DNA of 59,008 nt, counting the filler. It is 5 parts of 5 records of this genome, joined end to end, with 100 filler letters (N's around TTAATTAATTAA, not from the genome) between each part and the next. Parts side by side here need not be neighbours in the genome. Positions count along the whole stretch, not along the records: positions 1 to 19,615 come from DRR723986_19937; positions 19,716 to 32,879 come from DRR723986_19956; 3 more parts are not named here. One strand, written 5' to 3'. The notes under the pieces are model-generated. The model was not told the DNA's origin. It saw only the letters and a program-made list of their open reading frames with translations, and searched no databases. Position numbers and translations under genes: made by a program. How positions within the stretch are numbered: position 1 is the stretch's first letter; every line of letters begins with the position of its first letter. Below are positions 19,175 through 30,111 of the stretch, one piece after another.

Positions 19175-19612
19175 ATGGAAATTGTTCAATTTATACATTC
19201 ATACTGGGCTTATTTAGTATTACTAGTTCTCGTTTTAGCAACCTTTAATGCTTTAATTAAATTTTTTGGTAATAAAGAATTTGATGCGAAAGATTTTAGG
19301 ATATCCCTATTTGCTTTAATTACAATGCACATTCAACTATTAATCGGAATAGTACTCTTCTTCCTAAAAGATTATTTTGGTACCATAAAAGAAGTTGGTG
19401 GTATGGGAGAGGTAATGAAAAACTCAGAATTAAGAGACCTTATTATTGAGCATCCTACAACCATGATAATTGCGGTAGCTTTGGTAACTATTGGTTACTC
19501 AAAGCATAAAAAGAAATTAACCTCTAAACCAAAGTTTAAAATGCTAGCTATTTTTTATACTATAGCTTTGGTCTTAGTTCTTGCGAAGATTCCATGGAAT
19601 CTTTGGTTTTAA
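19175..19612 (+). CDS. Conserved 4-TM membrane protein with His residues (cytochrome b-like)
   Basis: Four hydrophobic segments; HS.W, H.Q and EHP motifs. Confidence 0.75.
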   Translation: MEIVQFIHSYWAYLVLLVLVLATFNALIKFFGNKEFDAKDFRISLFALITMHIQLLIGIVLFFLKDYFGTIKEVGGMGEVMKNSELRDLIIEHPTTMIIAVALVTIGYSKHKKKLTSKPKFKMLAIFYTIALVLVLAKIPWNLWF

Positions 19613-19615
19613 ACA

Positions 19616-19715
19616 NNNNNNNNNNNNNNNNNNNNNNNNNNNNNNNNNNNNNNNNNNNNTTAATTAATTAANNNNNNNNNNNNNNNNNNNNNNNNNNNNN
19701 NNNNNNNNNNNNNNN
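19616..19715. other. Artificial contig-joining spacer (N44-TTAATTAATTAA-N44)
   Basis: 100-nt N run with a central six-frame-stop 12-mer at 19660-19671; sequence shifts from AT-rich to GC-rich across it. Confidence 0.99.
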
Positions 19716-21425
19716 GTTCAGCGCCAGCAGGTTGGTCTGTTCGGCAATGTCGGTGATCAGCTTGACCACTTCGCTGATCCGGTTGGCCGCTTCCGCGAGC
19801 CCCTCGATCTTGCGGTTTGTCGACTGGGCCTGTTCCACGGCGTGGGAGGCAATCTCGGTGGACTGGGTCATCTGGCGGGAAATTTCACCGACCGATGCCA
19901 TCAGTTCTTCAGCCGCGGACGCAACCGTTTCCACGTTCGACGACGCTTCCTCGGAAGCGGCAGCCACTGCCGTGCTCTTCTCGCTGGTGTCGTCGGCTCC
20001 CGCCGTCAGCGTCATCGATGCCGCGTTGAGGTCCTGCACCTGGTGCATCACCGTCTGGGTCAGCTCTGAGATCTGGCGGTCGAAATCCTGCGACAGCTCG
20101 CTGATCCGGCCTGCACGCGCCAGCTGCTGACGCTGCGCTTCTTCCTGCTCGGCGGCCAGTGCCTCGGCCTGCCGGGCCTTGTCGCGGAAGACTTCCAGCG
20201 CCTTGCTGATCTCGCCGATTTCGTCCTGGCGGTCGGTATCGTGGATCGGCTCGTCGTAACGGCGATCGATGAGCGCCTGGATGCTGCGCACGGCGCGCTC
20301 CAGCGGACGGCGAACAATCGTGTTACCGACAAGATAGATGGAAAGAGCCACGACGATGAGCAACACGACACCCACACCGACGATCATGGTCGTGATCGAA
20401 GACGAAGCCGCATTGAGGGTCGCCAGCGGCACGTTGACCACCACGGCAAGCTTGGCATCGGTACCGGTCACATGGACCGGCATGACGATGCGGTGCACTT
20501 CCGTGCCAAGCGTGTTGGAATATCCGTCATAGGCAAATGGTTCGCCGTTCTTGACCGCCGCCAGAAGCTTGTCCTGCACGGCAAGGTCGGCTTCGGACTG
20601 GCCTTCCATCCATGGCTTGCCGAGAACGGCCGGGTCGGCGTGAGCAATCCAGACGCCGTTCTGCGACAGGAGGTGAACCGATCCCGTGTCCAGTGGCCGT
20701 TGCTGGCCAAGCACTTCGGACAGCGGGGTCAGAAGGATGTCGCCTCCGGCAGCACCAATCACCTTGGACCCGTCTCGGATCGGCGAGGAGAACGACACAC
20801 CGGTCACGGTCTTGCCATCGGCTTCCCAGCTGTAGGGTTCCGTCATGTAGTCCTTGCCGGACACATAGGCACCATTGAACCAGAGGTCGCTGGTTGCACT
20901 CAGATCACCGACGGCGATCTTCTCGATGGGCCGGTAGGCCAGCGTCCCATCCGCCTTGCGGAAGTAATAGGGCTGCCATTCGCCATCTTCGGCCCATTTC
21001 TCGTCGCCCTTGAACTCGGCATCCTTGCCGTCGAGCTCGTCTCCGGCAACCACGCCCCAGGTGCCCGAAAGGTCCTTGTTGGTCAGCGTCAGGTTTTCAA
21101 CGACGGCGTTCCAGGCTTCACGGTCGACCGATCCGGCCTTCTTCATGCCGCCGAGGGAACTTGCCAGCGTCTGTGCGGATTTCAGGCCGTTTTCAAGGCC
21201 GCGCTGGACGAATTGCGCCTGCTCGCGTGCCACTGTCTCGGCTTCGGACCGGGCAAGATCTCCCGTAATGCGGGACGCTTCCCATCCGATAAAACTGATG
21301 CCGACCACAAGGGCAACCGTCAGGGTCGCCGCACTGGCCCCAATGAGCTTTGTTGTGACCTTCGCTCTTCTAAACACCGGCAATCTCCGCGAATCGCAAG
21401 AAAACGGCAGGCGAATACCTGCCAA
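19716..21425 (-). CDS. Methyl-accepting chemotaxis protein (Cache sensor, HAMP); 3'-truncated by the contig end, exact start uncertain
   Basis: Two TM segments, periplasmic Cache-like domain, HAMP (DEIGEISKALEVF), signalling hairpin IAEQTNLLALN. Confidence 0.93.
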
Positions 21426-21550
21426 AGCTTGCTGCAGACTACCCGTTGGGCGTTAACAAGGTCTTCAGTGGGAGGGTTTTTCTTAATGACCCCTGTCATT
21501 TTTGACAGTAATTTTGGATCGTTAGCTTGCTAATGTTTTACAAGCTCAGA

Positions 21551-21584
21551 TGAAGTGCCGGTTCGAATGAAAACCGGCACTTCA
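21551..21584 (-). terminator. Hairpin downstream of purH (probable intrinsic terminator)
   Basis: 13-bp perfect inverted repeat TGAAGTGCCGGTT / AACCGGCACTTCA, 22 nt after the purH stop. Confidence 0.7.
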
Positions 21585-21606
21585 ATTCATCGGCGAATAC
21601 CCGAAA

Positions 21607-23223
21607 TCAGTGCCGGAAATGACGCATGCCGGTCATGACCATGGCAAGGCCAGCGTCGTCGGCTGCCGCAATCACGTCGTCATCGCGCATGGAGCCACCC
21701 GGCTGGATAACGGCTGTCGCACCGGCTTCGGCGGCAGACAGAAGGCCGTCGGCAAACGGGAAGAACGCATCGGAGGCGACCACGCATCCCTTCGTCAGCG
21801 GTTCGGAAAGACCGGCGGCCTCGGTCGCGTCCAGAGCCTTGCGGGCAGCGATGCGTGCGGAATCCACACGACTCATCTGACCGGCCCCGACACCAATGGT
21901 CGCACCGTCCTTGGCATAGACGATGGCATTGGACTTCACGTGCTTGGCGACCCGGAAGGCGAATTTCAGATCGGCCAGTTCCTGCTCGCTCGGCGCGCGC
22001 TTGGTAACGACCTTGAGATCAAGGTCATCGACCACACCGTTGTCGCGTGACTGGACCAGAAGACCACCGGCAACGGACTTGACGAAGAGACCCTTGGCGC
22101 GTGCATCGGCGAGGCCGCCGGTGACCAGAAGGCGCAGGTTCTTCTTCGCCGCGATGATTTCGCGTGCGGCGTCGTCCGCATCCGGCGCGATGATCACTTC
22201 CGTGAAGATCTTGACGATTTCCTCGGCCGCAGCGGCATCCAGTGTCTGGTTCAGGGCGACGATGCCGCCGAAGGCTGAAACCGGATCGCAGCGCAGGGCC
22301 AGCTCGTAGGCTTCCTTCAGGCTTGCGCCTTCGGCTACGCCGCACGGGTTTGCGTGCTTGATGATGGCAACAGCACTGGTGCGGGCCGGATCGAACTCGC
22401 TCACCAGCTCAAACGCGGCATCGGTGTCATTGATGTTGTTGTAGGACAGGGTCTTGCCCTGAAGCTGCCTGGCCGTGGCAACACCCGGGCGCTGCTCACC
22501 GGTGGTGTAGAAACCGGCCGTCTGATGCGGGTTTTCGCCATAGCGCATGACTTCGGCAAGCGAACCGCCAACCGCACGGTGGGCGGGCGTTGCTTCGCCC
22601 AGCTGATCCGCCATCCAGTTGGAGACGGCGGCATCATAGGCAGCCGTGCGGGCAAAGGCCTTTTGCGCCAGTTTCTTGCGCAGGGCCAGCGGGGCTTTGC
22701 CGCCATTGGCATCAAGCTCGGAAATTACTGCATCGTAGTCGGCCGGGTCGGTGACCACGGTAACATAGGCATGGTTCTTGGCGGCTGCACGGGTCATCGC
22801 CGGTCCACCAATGTCGATGTTCTCGATGCCGGTTGCGTAGTCGGCGCCGGAGGCGACAACGTCCTCGAACGGATAGAGATTGCCGCAGAAGAGATCGATG
22901 CCGACGATGTCATGCTCGCTCATCGCCTTCTGGTGGTCGGCATCATCACGGATCGACAGCAGACCACCGTGGACCTTCGGATGCAGCGTCTTCACACGGC
23001 CGTCCATGATTTCCGGAAAGCCCGTGACTTCCGAAATGTCCAGAACCGCAAGCCCGGCTTCCTTCAGCGCCTTGTAGGAACCGCCGGTGGAGACCAGCTC
23101 GACACCGCGCTCGGACAGCGCTTTTGCAAAGTCGACAAGACCGGTCTTGTCGAAGACGGACAGAAGGGCGCGCTTGACGGGAACCAGCTCGGGAACGGGT
23201 ACGGCTTTGGACACAATGGCCAT
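21607..23223 (-). CDS. purH: Bifunctional AICAR transformylase/IMP cyclohydrolase
   Basis: [47 protein letters not shown], terminal RHFRH; ATG at 23223. Confidence 0.98.
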   Translation of the reverse strand: MAIVSKAVPVPELVPVKRALLSVFDKTGLVDFAKALSERGVELVSTGGSYKALKEAGLAVLDISEVTGFPEIMDGRVKTLHPKVHGGLLSIRDDADHQKAMSEHDIVGIDLFCGNLYPFEDVVASGADYATGIENIDIGGPAMTRAAAKNHAYVTVVTDPADYDAVISELDANGGKAPLALRKKLAQKAFARTAAYDAAVSNWMADQLGEATPAHRAVGGSLAEVMRYGENPHQTAGFYTTGEQRPGVATARQLQGKTLSYNNINDTDAAFELVSEFDPARTSAVAIIKHANPCGVAEGASLKEAYELALRCDPVSAFGGIVALNQTLDAAAAEEIVKIFTEVIIAPDADDAAREIIAAKKNLRLLVTGGLADARAKGLFVKSVAGGLLVQSRDNGVVDDLDLKVVTKRAPSEQELADLKFAFRVAKHVKSNAIVYAKDGATIGVGAGQMSRVDSARIAARKALDATEAAGLSEPLTKGCVVASDAFFPFADGLLSAAEAGATAVIQPGGSMRDDDVIAAADDAGLAMVMTGMRHFRH

Positions 23224-23298
23224 GAATTTGCCTCGCAATTGGGGACGGTCCGGGAGTTGCCGTCGCCCTATCACGTCTTCAGCAAAAGCGGAAGGTCT

Positions 23299-25059
23299 CT
23301 ATTCTTCCAGCGGGAGTTCGTCCGGCTCGTCAAAATCGCTGGTGCCGCGCCGGCTGAGTTTGGCCGTCGCCGTCTTGCGGAACTGCCACCCCACGGAGGG
23401 GGCCTCGAGCACGGCACCGGAGATCACGATCTGCTCGGTCTTGCGGTGGCCGTAGACATCCGAAAGATAGATGCTTTCTTCCAGCATGACCTCGGTCCCG
23501 GGCGCTTCGAATTCCCAGGCTTCACCGTCCCGGCACACCAGGAGCACCGCTGATCCGCCGCGGATGAGCGAGCTGCGCAGGCCCGGATGCAGGTGAAAGC
23601 GGATTGCGTAGCGGTTTTCGCTGTCCACAGGACCGATTGCCGAAAACGTGTCGATGCCGTCCAGCACCGTGCCGTCGCCTGCAAGGCGAATGTCACGCTC
23701 ATGCAGGACATGGAACTCGCTGGCATAACCGTCATGGGAGGCCGTGATCCGGCTGCCGGCCGCATCGTCTTCCCGCTCCACCGGCACCCTGACCGGACCG
23801 GACAGGATAGGTGCGCCCAGAATATGCCCGAACGGCCGGTTCGACAGGAACCGGCAGGAGGACGTATCCTCGATCACCGCCGTGGAATGGGCAGGCGTCG
23901 AGCGGCTGACCCGGCGCCAGGCCGGATTGGACTTGGGCGAGACGCCGCAATTGACGACGATCCGGTTGTTGCCGGAGGAGAATTCGAACGAAAGACAGCC
24001 TGCATGAGCGTCGCCGGAAACGCCGATGGCCGGGGCAGGGCCGGTGTCGATCAGGACAACGGAATTGCCACCGGTTAAGCGCTGATAGCCCGAATGCGGC
24101 GCATTCTGCGGTGGGGCACCCCGTGCATCGTCATATGCAAGGATGGTGGCGACAAGGTCGCTCGGCGTCGAGCCCATGCCGTTGAAATGGGCAAGCGCCC
24201 CGTCGCCATGACGGAAGAAGCGCAGCAGTGGCATCATCCGGTCCACCGACTGCACCATCGCCGGCGGAACTTCCAGCCCCTGGGCAACGAAGGCCTGGCG
24301 AACCGGCAGCAGGTCCGCGAGGATGTCGATCAGCGCTTTCGGATTGCGCGAGATATGGCCGCCATCGGGCAGGATCTGGCGTGTCAGCTCCTGATCGAGA
24401 CGCCGGATGCTCTGGCGTGCAAAGCGGCCCTGTCCGGCCATGGAAATACAGGCGGACGCCATGGCGAGGGCTGCATGCAGGCGCTCGACACCGTCTTCCG
24501 TTTCATTGATGGTCTGGCGCAGGTAACGCACCTGGCGGGCCAGTGACCGCACGAAACTGCGGTAGAATTCGTGATCGCCGTCCTGAAGAATGAAGGGCGA
24601 ATGCGCCAGCCAGGACAGAATGCGGCGGGTCACGACCGACGCTTCCCAGCCGATGTCGTGCCAACGACCGCAGAACTTGATCCAGTCCTCCACCAGCGCC
24701 CGGGCATTTTGCCGGGAAATCTGACTGTCGGCGGCGCGAAGGTCCCGCATCCAGCCGAAGCTGTGAAGCTCACGCTGCCAGTCTTCGTGAACGGCCTGAA
24801 GCTCGAACGGAGATCTGCCTTGCGTCTCCACCAGATGGCCGGAGAACAGGAAGCGGCCGCCATAAATATCGGCAGCATTGGTCGCGTCGGCAGTGCGCAG
24901 ATCCTGCGGCGCGATGAGCAGGCGCGCAGGCACAGCCGAAAACGGCTGCATGCGGAACAGCGGCCCGCCATGCATCCATTTCAAGGAGCGTTGCCAAATA
25001 TGCAGGGCCACAAGCCGCCAGATGCGGCTTCTTTCACTCAGGCTTGCAGTATTCACCAA
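23299..25059 (-). CDS. Heparinase II/III-like protein
   Basis: QILPDGGHISRNP, RHGDGALAHFNG, HAGCLSFEFS, RSTPAHST, ASHDGY motifs. Confidence 0.85.
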   Translation of the reverse strand: MVNTASLSERSRIWRLVALHIWQRSLKWMHGGPLFRMQPFSAVPARLLIAPQDLRTADATNAADIYGGRFLFSGHLVETQGRSPFELQAVHEDWQRELHSFGWMRDLRAADSQISRQNARALVEDWIKFCGRWHDIGWEASVVTRRILSWLAHSPFILQDGDHEFYRSFVRSLARQVRYLRQTINETEDGVERLHAALAMASACISMAGQGRFARQSIRRLDQELTRQILPDGGHISRNPKALIDILADLLPVRQAFVAQGLEVPPAMVQSVDRMMPLLRFFRHGDGALAHFNGMGSTPSDLVATILAYDDARGAPPQNAPHSGYQRLTGGNSVVLIDTGPAPAIGVSGDAHAGCLSFEFSSGNNRIVVNCGVSPKSNPAWRRVSRSTPAHSTAVIEDTSSCRFLSNRPFGHILGAPILSGPVRVPVEREDDAAGSRITASHDGYASEFHVLHERDIRLAGDGTVLDGIDTFSAIGPVDSENRYAIRFHLHPGLRSSLIRGGSAVLLVCRDGEAWEFEAPGTEVMLEESIYLSDVYGHRKTEQIVISGAVLEAPSVGWQFRKTATAKLSRRGTSDFDEPDELPLEE

Positions 25060-25184
25060 ACCATCTCCAAAACTGATGGTTTCTGCGCGTTTATGGGGAA
25101 TCTCCGGTGTCTAATTCAGGAAACGAACCATTAAGGTTAGCATTTCATTTAAAGAATCATTGCAAGTGAACAGTTTATTCCGCG

Positions 25185-26561
25185 TTAAAACCGGCGGAAC
25201 CTTGCGGCAAAAAAGCCGTCCATGCCCTTGCTCACCGGATCCAAGGCGGCGCTATGGCAGGGCAGACAGCGAAGATAGCCTTCATTTGTGACACATTCGG
25301 CAAGGCCGCCCACCTCTGCGGACTCGACCGGAACCAGTTCGATTTTTCCGGCCTGGCGCTCCAGAAAACCGGCCACCTGGGCTTCGCCTTCCGCCGCTTC
25401 CAGCGAACAGGTACAATAGACGACCAGCCCACCCGGCTTGACCCAGCCCATCACCCTGTCCAGCAATTCGCTCTGGATTTCCGTCAGCTTTTCAATGTCG
25501 TAAGGCTTCTTGATCCAGGCCACATCGGGGTGCCGGCGGATCGTGCCTGTCGCGCTGCAGGGCGCATCGAGCAGGATCGCATCAAAGAGATCCTCCGGCT
25601 CAAAGGCCCGCAAATCCGCCGCAACCGTTTCAACACTCAGGCCGAGCCGCGTCATGTTTTCTTCAAGACGTTTCAGGCGCGCCTTTGAAATATCGACCGC
25701 GGTTACACTTGCACCCGCGGCCGCCAATTGTGCGGTCTTGCCGCCAGGTGCAGCGCAAAGATCGGCAACACGCAGATCCTTCACGTCACCAAGAAGCCGG
25801 GCGGGAAGCGCCGCGGCAGCATCCTGCACCCACCACTGGCCGTCGCCATAGCCCTCAAGTGCATCGACAGCGCCCTTGCGCACGAGGCGGATGCTGCCCG
25901 CACCCACAATCTGGCCGTCCAGCTTCCGGGCCCATTCTTCTGGATCCGCTTTCACCGACAGATCCAGCGCAGCTTCACTTTCGTGGGCCCGCGCGATCTC
26001 GCGCGCTGTCTCCACTCCATAGGCTGCCTGCCAGCTTTCCATCAGCCAGTCCGGTGTGTTCAGCACCGCCGGATCAAGATCACCGGTCACTTCGTCCCGC
26101 TCGCGCCCGAGCCGGCGCAACACACCGTTGACTAGGCCCTTGTAGGGACGGGCCCGGCGGTCGAGACCGGCATGATCAACAGCAAGAGAGACAGCAGCAC
26201 GGTCCGGAATGTCGAGAAACAGCATCTGGGCAATGGCCACATGCAGGATATCCAGGATCCGGCCTGTCTTTTCAGGGATCGGCCGATCAAGCAACCGATC
26301 CAGGATTTCAGCGATTTCACCCCGGTGGCGCAAGGCCGCACCGATGATTGCGCGAACCAGCGAACGATCGTTGCCGGCCAGCGCGCGAAATCCGGAGTGG
26401 CCGGAGGTGATATCCAGCTCGCCATCGAGAGGCCGTTTCTTGTGAACGACGTTGCCAAGAATATCGGCAGCCACCTTGCGTGCGGCAAACCCCGGCTTTT
26501 CGGCCTGTTCGGGTGCCGGTTTGCCTGAAGGCTTCTGTTTGTTGTTCGGCCGTTTGGTCAA
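25185..26561 (-). CDS. rsmB: RsmB/Sun family 16S rRNA m5C methyltransferase with NusB-like N-terminus
   Basis: VQDAAA, DLCAAPGGKT, LDAPCSATG, YCTCS, DGFF. Confidence 0.88.
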   Translation of the reverse strand: MTKRPNNKQKPSGKPAPEQAEKPGFAARKVAADILGNVVHKKRPLDGELDITSGHSGFRALAGNDRSLVRAIIGAALRHRGEIAEILDRLLDRPIPEKTGRILDILHVAIAQMLFLDIPDRAAVSLAVDHAGLDRRARPYKGLVNGVLRRLGRERDEVTGDLDPAVLNTPDWLMESWQAAYGVETAREIARAHESEAALDLSVKADPEEWARKLDGQIVGAGSIRLVRKGAVDALEGYGDGQWWVQDAAAALPARLLGDVKDLRVADLCAAPGGKTAQLAAAGASVTAVDISKARLKRLEENMTRLGLSVETVAADLRAFEPEDLFDAILLDAPCSATGTIRRHPDVAWIKKPYDIEKLTEIQSELLDRVMGWVKPGGLVVYCTCSLEAAEGEAQVAGFLERQAGKIELVPVESAEVGGLAECVTNEGYLRCLPCHSAALDPVSKGMDGFFAARFRRF

Positions 26562-26725
26562 GGCTCAATCCATTCACGCGCCCGGCCCTGCTGTTACGGC
26601 CGGTATCAAAATCAAGCGCCGCAGACCGGTCTGCCGGTCGCGGCGCATCTGGTCATACTAAAGCCGGGTGGTCATCCGGCAAAGTTGTTTTTGTCAAAGA
26701 AGCTGACGTTCCGGGGGACTGTGGC

Positions 26726-27703
26726 CTATCCCCACGGCCCTTTTGGACGGCCCGGCGCGGAGGACGGCCCCGTCGGGCCGGCGCCGCTCCACGGGCCGGC
26801 CTGCTGTGGAGCCTGGCGGGTAAATGACATGGGACCACTTCTGCCGCCCCTGCCACCGGTGCCCAGACCTGCATCCGACAGCTTGCGCAGTTCGTCGATC
26901 CGGTTCTGGGTGTTCGGGTGGGTGGAGAACAGATTGTCCATCCGCTCGCCTGATAGCGGATTCATGATGAACATATGCGCGGTTGCCGGGTTCGCTTCCG
27001 CATCCGGGTTATGGATGTGCTCCACCCCGCGCGAGATCTTCGCAAGTGCTGAAGCCAGCCACATGGGTTCGCCGCAGATCTGAGCGCCCATCCGGTCGGC
27101 CGCATATTCGCGCGTCCGGGAGATCGCCATCTGCACGACCATTGCCGCCAGCGGCGCCACGACCATCATCAGGATAACCCCGACGATGCCCAGCGGATTG
27201 TTGCGGTTGCCGCCGAAGAAGAAGGCAAAGTTGGCCAGCATGGAAATCGCACCGGCGATTGTCGCCGTGATCGTCATGATCAGCGTGTCGTGGTTCTTCA
27301 CATGGGCCAGCTCATGGGCCATCACACCGGCAATCTCCTCGGACGTCAGCATGTCGAGCAGGCCGGTCGTTGCCGCTACGGCAGCGTTTTGCGGGTTGCG
27401 GCCGGTCGCAAAGGCATTCGGCTGCGGATTGTCGATGATGTAGACCTTGGGCATGGGCAACTCGGCATTCTGCGCCAGCTGCCGTATCATCCGGTAGAAC
27501 TCCGGCGCTTCGCGCTCACCCACTTCCCTGGCATGATGCATGCGCAGGACCATCTTGTCCGCGTTCCAGTAACTGAACAGGTTCATGGCGGCCGCAATAA
27601 GCAGCGCGATCAGCATGCCCGACTGACCGCCGATCATGAAACCGATCCCCATGAACAAGGCGGTCATCCCCGCCAGAAGCATTGCCGTGCGAATGTAGTT
27701 CAT
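26726..27703 (-). CDS. htpX: Zinc metalloprotease HtpX
   Basis: [30 protein letters not shown] at 27703. Confidence 0.95.
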   Translation of the reverse strand: MNYIRTAMLLAGMTALFMGIGFMIGGQSGMLIALLIAAAMNLFSYWNADKMVLRMHHAREVGEREAPEFYRMIRQLAQNAELPMPKVYIIDNPQPNAFATGRNPQNAAVAATTGLLDMLTSEEIAGVMAHELAHVKNHDTLIMTITATIAGAISMLANFAFFFGGNRNNPLGIVGVILMMVVAPLAAMVVQMAISRTREYAADRMGAQICGEPMWLASALAKISRGVEHIHNPDAEANPATAHMFIMNPLSGERMDNLFSTHPNTQNRIDELRKLSDAGLGTGGRGGRSGPMSFTRQAPQQAGPWSGAGPTGPSSAPGRPKGPWG

Positions 27704-27859
27704 CGCCGCTTGTTTCCGTTTCTGTCCTGTTTTCGACTGCTTGCAAGAAGGCGCATAATGGCCTTTGTATCCGTCCAACAGATGGGGAGTGCTGCCATTC
27801 TTGGCAAGATTACCCTATATACGCCAGACAAGACTGCAAACTGAATGACCCGAAGAGCC

Positions 27860-28123
27860 ATGACAGAAACACCGGACAACCCGACGAGCCGTTATAGCCA
27901 GAACGAGGCTCCCTCCCTGAAGACCAATGTCGAGGAAGCTCCGAAGCGGAAATTCGAGGACCTGCCACCGGCAGCCCAGCGCGCCCTGAAGGAAGCCGAA
28001 GAACGGCGCAAGGAAATCGACGCAAGACAGCAGAACATGGCCGAAGAGGTCAACGGACGCGGCGGCCTGGAACCCACCCGCTACGACGATTGGGAGATCA
28101 AGGGACTGACCTCGGATTTCTGA
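27860..28123 (+). CDS. DUF1674 family protein
   Basis: AAQRALKEAEERR...GLEPTRYDDWEIKG...DF. Confidence 0.85.
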   Translation: MTETPDNPTSRYSQNEAPSLKTNVEEAPKRKFEDLPPAAQRALKEAEERRKEIDARQQNMAEEVNGRGGLEPTRYDDWEIKGLTSDF

Positions 28124-28190
28124 GGGAATGTTCAGCCGCTCCGCCTGTCGGGGACACCTTTAACGGCGGCAGGCAATCCAGTTTGCCAAT

Positions 28191-28847
28191 TCAGTTTGCC
28201 AGCTTGCGCACTTCCGCTGCCACTGCCCTGGCGAGATCTGCCTGCGGCTCCGCATCGAAATGGACGGCATCAATCGGGCTGGCGGAAATCACCGTTCCTG
28301 TATCGAAGAAAGCTGCACCATATTCAGCAGCTTTCTCCCGGTAGCAGGCGGCCAGGCGATGGGATTCCGTGACGCTTTGTTCGCTGAACTGTGCCACGAA
28401 AGGTGTGCCTGCCAGCGGTGCCAGCGGCGGCGGTGACATCAGCAGCACCTTTGGCGCCCGGCCTTCGACATCGTCGGTTGGCCTGCGGGCAAAATCCAGC
28501 AAGCGCCCCATGGCAATCGCGATTGTTTCAGCGTTCATGCCGAAACGGGCCTGAAGGTCGTTGGTGCCGAGCATGATGATCAGAATGTCTATCGGCATAT
28601 GCGTCTTGCGAACGGTTGCCAGATGCGCGAGACCGTTCTTGTCGCCTTTGACCGGATCCTCGAACACGGTTGTTCGGCCGTTTACGCCTTCTTCGGCCAC
28701 ATAAAACCCGTCACCAAGCTCCTTCTGCAGAAGCCGGGTCCAGCGGATGTCGTGGCCATACCTGGATTTGTCGACCGGATTGAATCCCCAGGTGAGAGAA
28801 TCGCCGAAGCAGACGACGCTTATCGGATTTTTTGTTGTTTTCGACAT
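28191..28847 (-). CDS. SGNH/GDSL hydrolase
   Basis: FGDSLTWG, EEGVNGRTT, MLGTND, DAVH blocks. Confidence 0.92.
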   Translation of the reverse strand: MSKTTKNPISVVCFGDSLTWGFNPVDKSRYGHDIRWTRLLQKELGDGFYVAEEGVNGRTTVFEDPVKGDKNGLAHLATVRKTHMPIDILIIMLGTNDLQARFGMNAETIAIAMGRLLDFARRPTDDVEGRAPKVLLMSPPPLAPLAGTPFVAQFSEQSVTESHRLAACYREKAAEYGAAFFDTGTVISASPIDAVHFDAEPQADLARAVAAEVRKLAN

Positions 28848-28939
28848 CGTATAACCTGTTAAGGTGAGCTGCCTTTTTTAAAGACACCAAGCAAAATTGT
28901 ATTTTTTACCGATTATCGGCTCTCAAGCACGAGAACAAA

Positions 28940-30013
28940 ATGCCTTTTACAATTATGTCAATTCAGTTCTCCGTCGGAGATTCAGACGCATACAATTTCT
29001 ACAACGACGTCACCATCGTTCAAGGACTTCTGAACGACCACTATCAGGAAAACGCAGCTTTTGCCGCTGCTGTCGGTGACCGGCTTTCGGTTGACGGCGA
29101 TTGCGGATCGCTGACCAAAAGCGCAATCCGTTCCTTTCAGACAGTGGTCATGCGCAAAAGCGCGGGTTGGGCAGACGGTCGTGTTGATCCTGGCGGGCAA
29201 ACCTGGCGCGCGCTGAACGGCAACCTTGCGTCGGTCGGGGCCATAAGTCCCGCTCCGCTGGACCAGAGCACTCTCGGTACCATAGAATCTTCACTTGGCA
29301 ATTCCGGGTCCTATGCAATGTTCCGGCAAGGCAATTACGCCACGCACCTGGGCAACAGCTCTCGGTATGATTCCAACAAGAACGATACAATCGACGCGGA
29401 CGACAAGTTTGCGACCATCGCCAGCCACGGCTGCTGCTTGTGCACGCTCACTATGGCGGCAACCGCAATAGGCAACCGGGTGCCTTCCTATTGGCCGGAA
29501 GGTATCACGCCCAAATCGCTCACACCGCTAATTGCCAATACCATTTGCAAGAACGCGGGCGCCTATACTGGCTACAGCTTGAACATGAGCACGGCAGCAA
29601 ATGCGCTCGGCATGCTGGGAACCCACTACGGCTTCGGGTCAAGCCTGCCGTCCAACGCCGTCGATATTCTTCTGGGGCATCTGGCCGGTGGTAATCCTGT
29701 AGCGCTGCATGTCGATTACAAGAAAGGTGGCAGCGGCGATCACTGGGTGCTGGCAACGCGGAAAATTAACGACTTTGAAGCAGATGTGGAGGCGATCGAC
29801 CCGGCCTCTGGCGGACGGATGAAATTCACCCGGATGAACGTTTTCAACAGCCGCTACAACGACCAGGGTCCGGAGGAGAAAAAAGGCATCCTCTTCGGAA
29901 TTCCCGCATTCGGGGGGACCGCAAGCCAGTCCAGACGGGACAAGCAGTTCGACTACATCGTCGTGCGTTTCATGACGCTGAGATCCTCGGCCGGAATATC
30001 CGGTGTCTATTGA
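28940..30013 (+). CDS. Peptidoglycan-binding domain fused to a C39-like papain-fold cysteine peptidase
   Basis: N-terminal VQGLLN...VDGDCGSLTKSAIRSFQ...DGRVDPGGQTWRAL; C-terminal HGCCLCTLTM...DHWVL...IDP. Confidence 0.65.
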   Translation: MPFTIMSIQFSVGDSDAYNFYNDVTIVQGLLNDHYQENAAFAAAVGDRLSVDGDCGSLTKSAIRSFQTVVMRKSAGWADGRVDPGGQTWRALNGNLASVGAISPAPLDQSTLGTIESSLGNSGSYAMFRQGNYATHLGNSSRYDSNKNDTIDADDKFATIASHGCCLCTLTMAATAIGNRVPSYWPEGITPKSLTPLIANTICKNAGAYTGYSLNMSTAANALGMLGTHYGFGSSLPSNAVDILLGHLAGGNPVALHVDYKKGGSGDHWVLATRKINDFEADVEAIDPASGGRMKFTRMNVFNSRYNDQGPEEKKGILFGIPAFGGTASQSRRDKQFDYIVVRFMTLRSSAGISGVY

Positions 30014-30111
30014 CGTATTTCCTGTGCCCTGCCCCGCTTGGTTAATAAGGGATTTACCACACTGGCTATAGGGTCTGAGCAAAGTTATGCGTAACGAGTG
30101 CCGGATCATTC

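Noticed and set aside
20241-21533. 430-aa plus-strand ORF
   Set aside because: Antisense shadow of the MCP gene in high-GC DNA; no recognisable motifs.
22354-23553. 399-aa plus-strand ORF
   Set aside because: Antisense shadow of purH and the heparinase-like gene.
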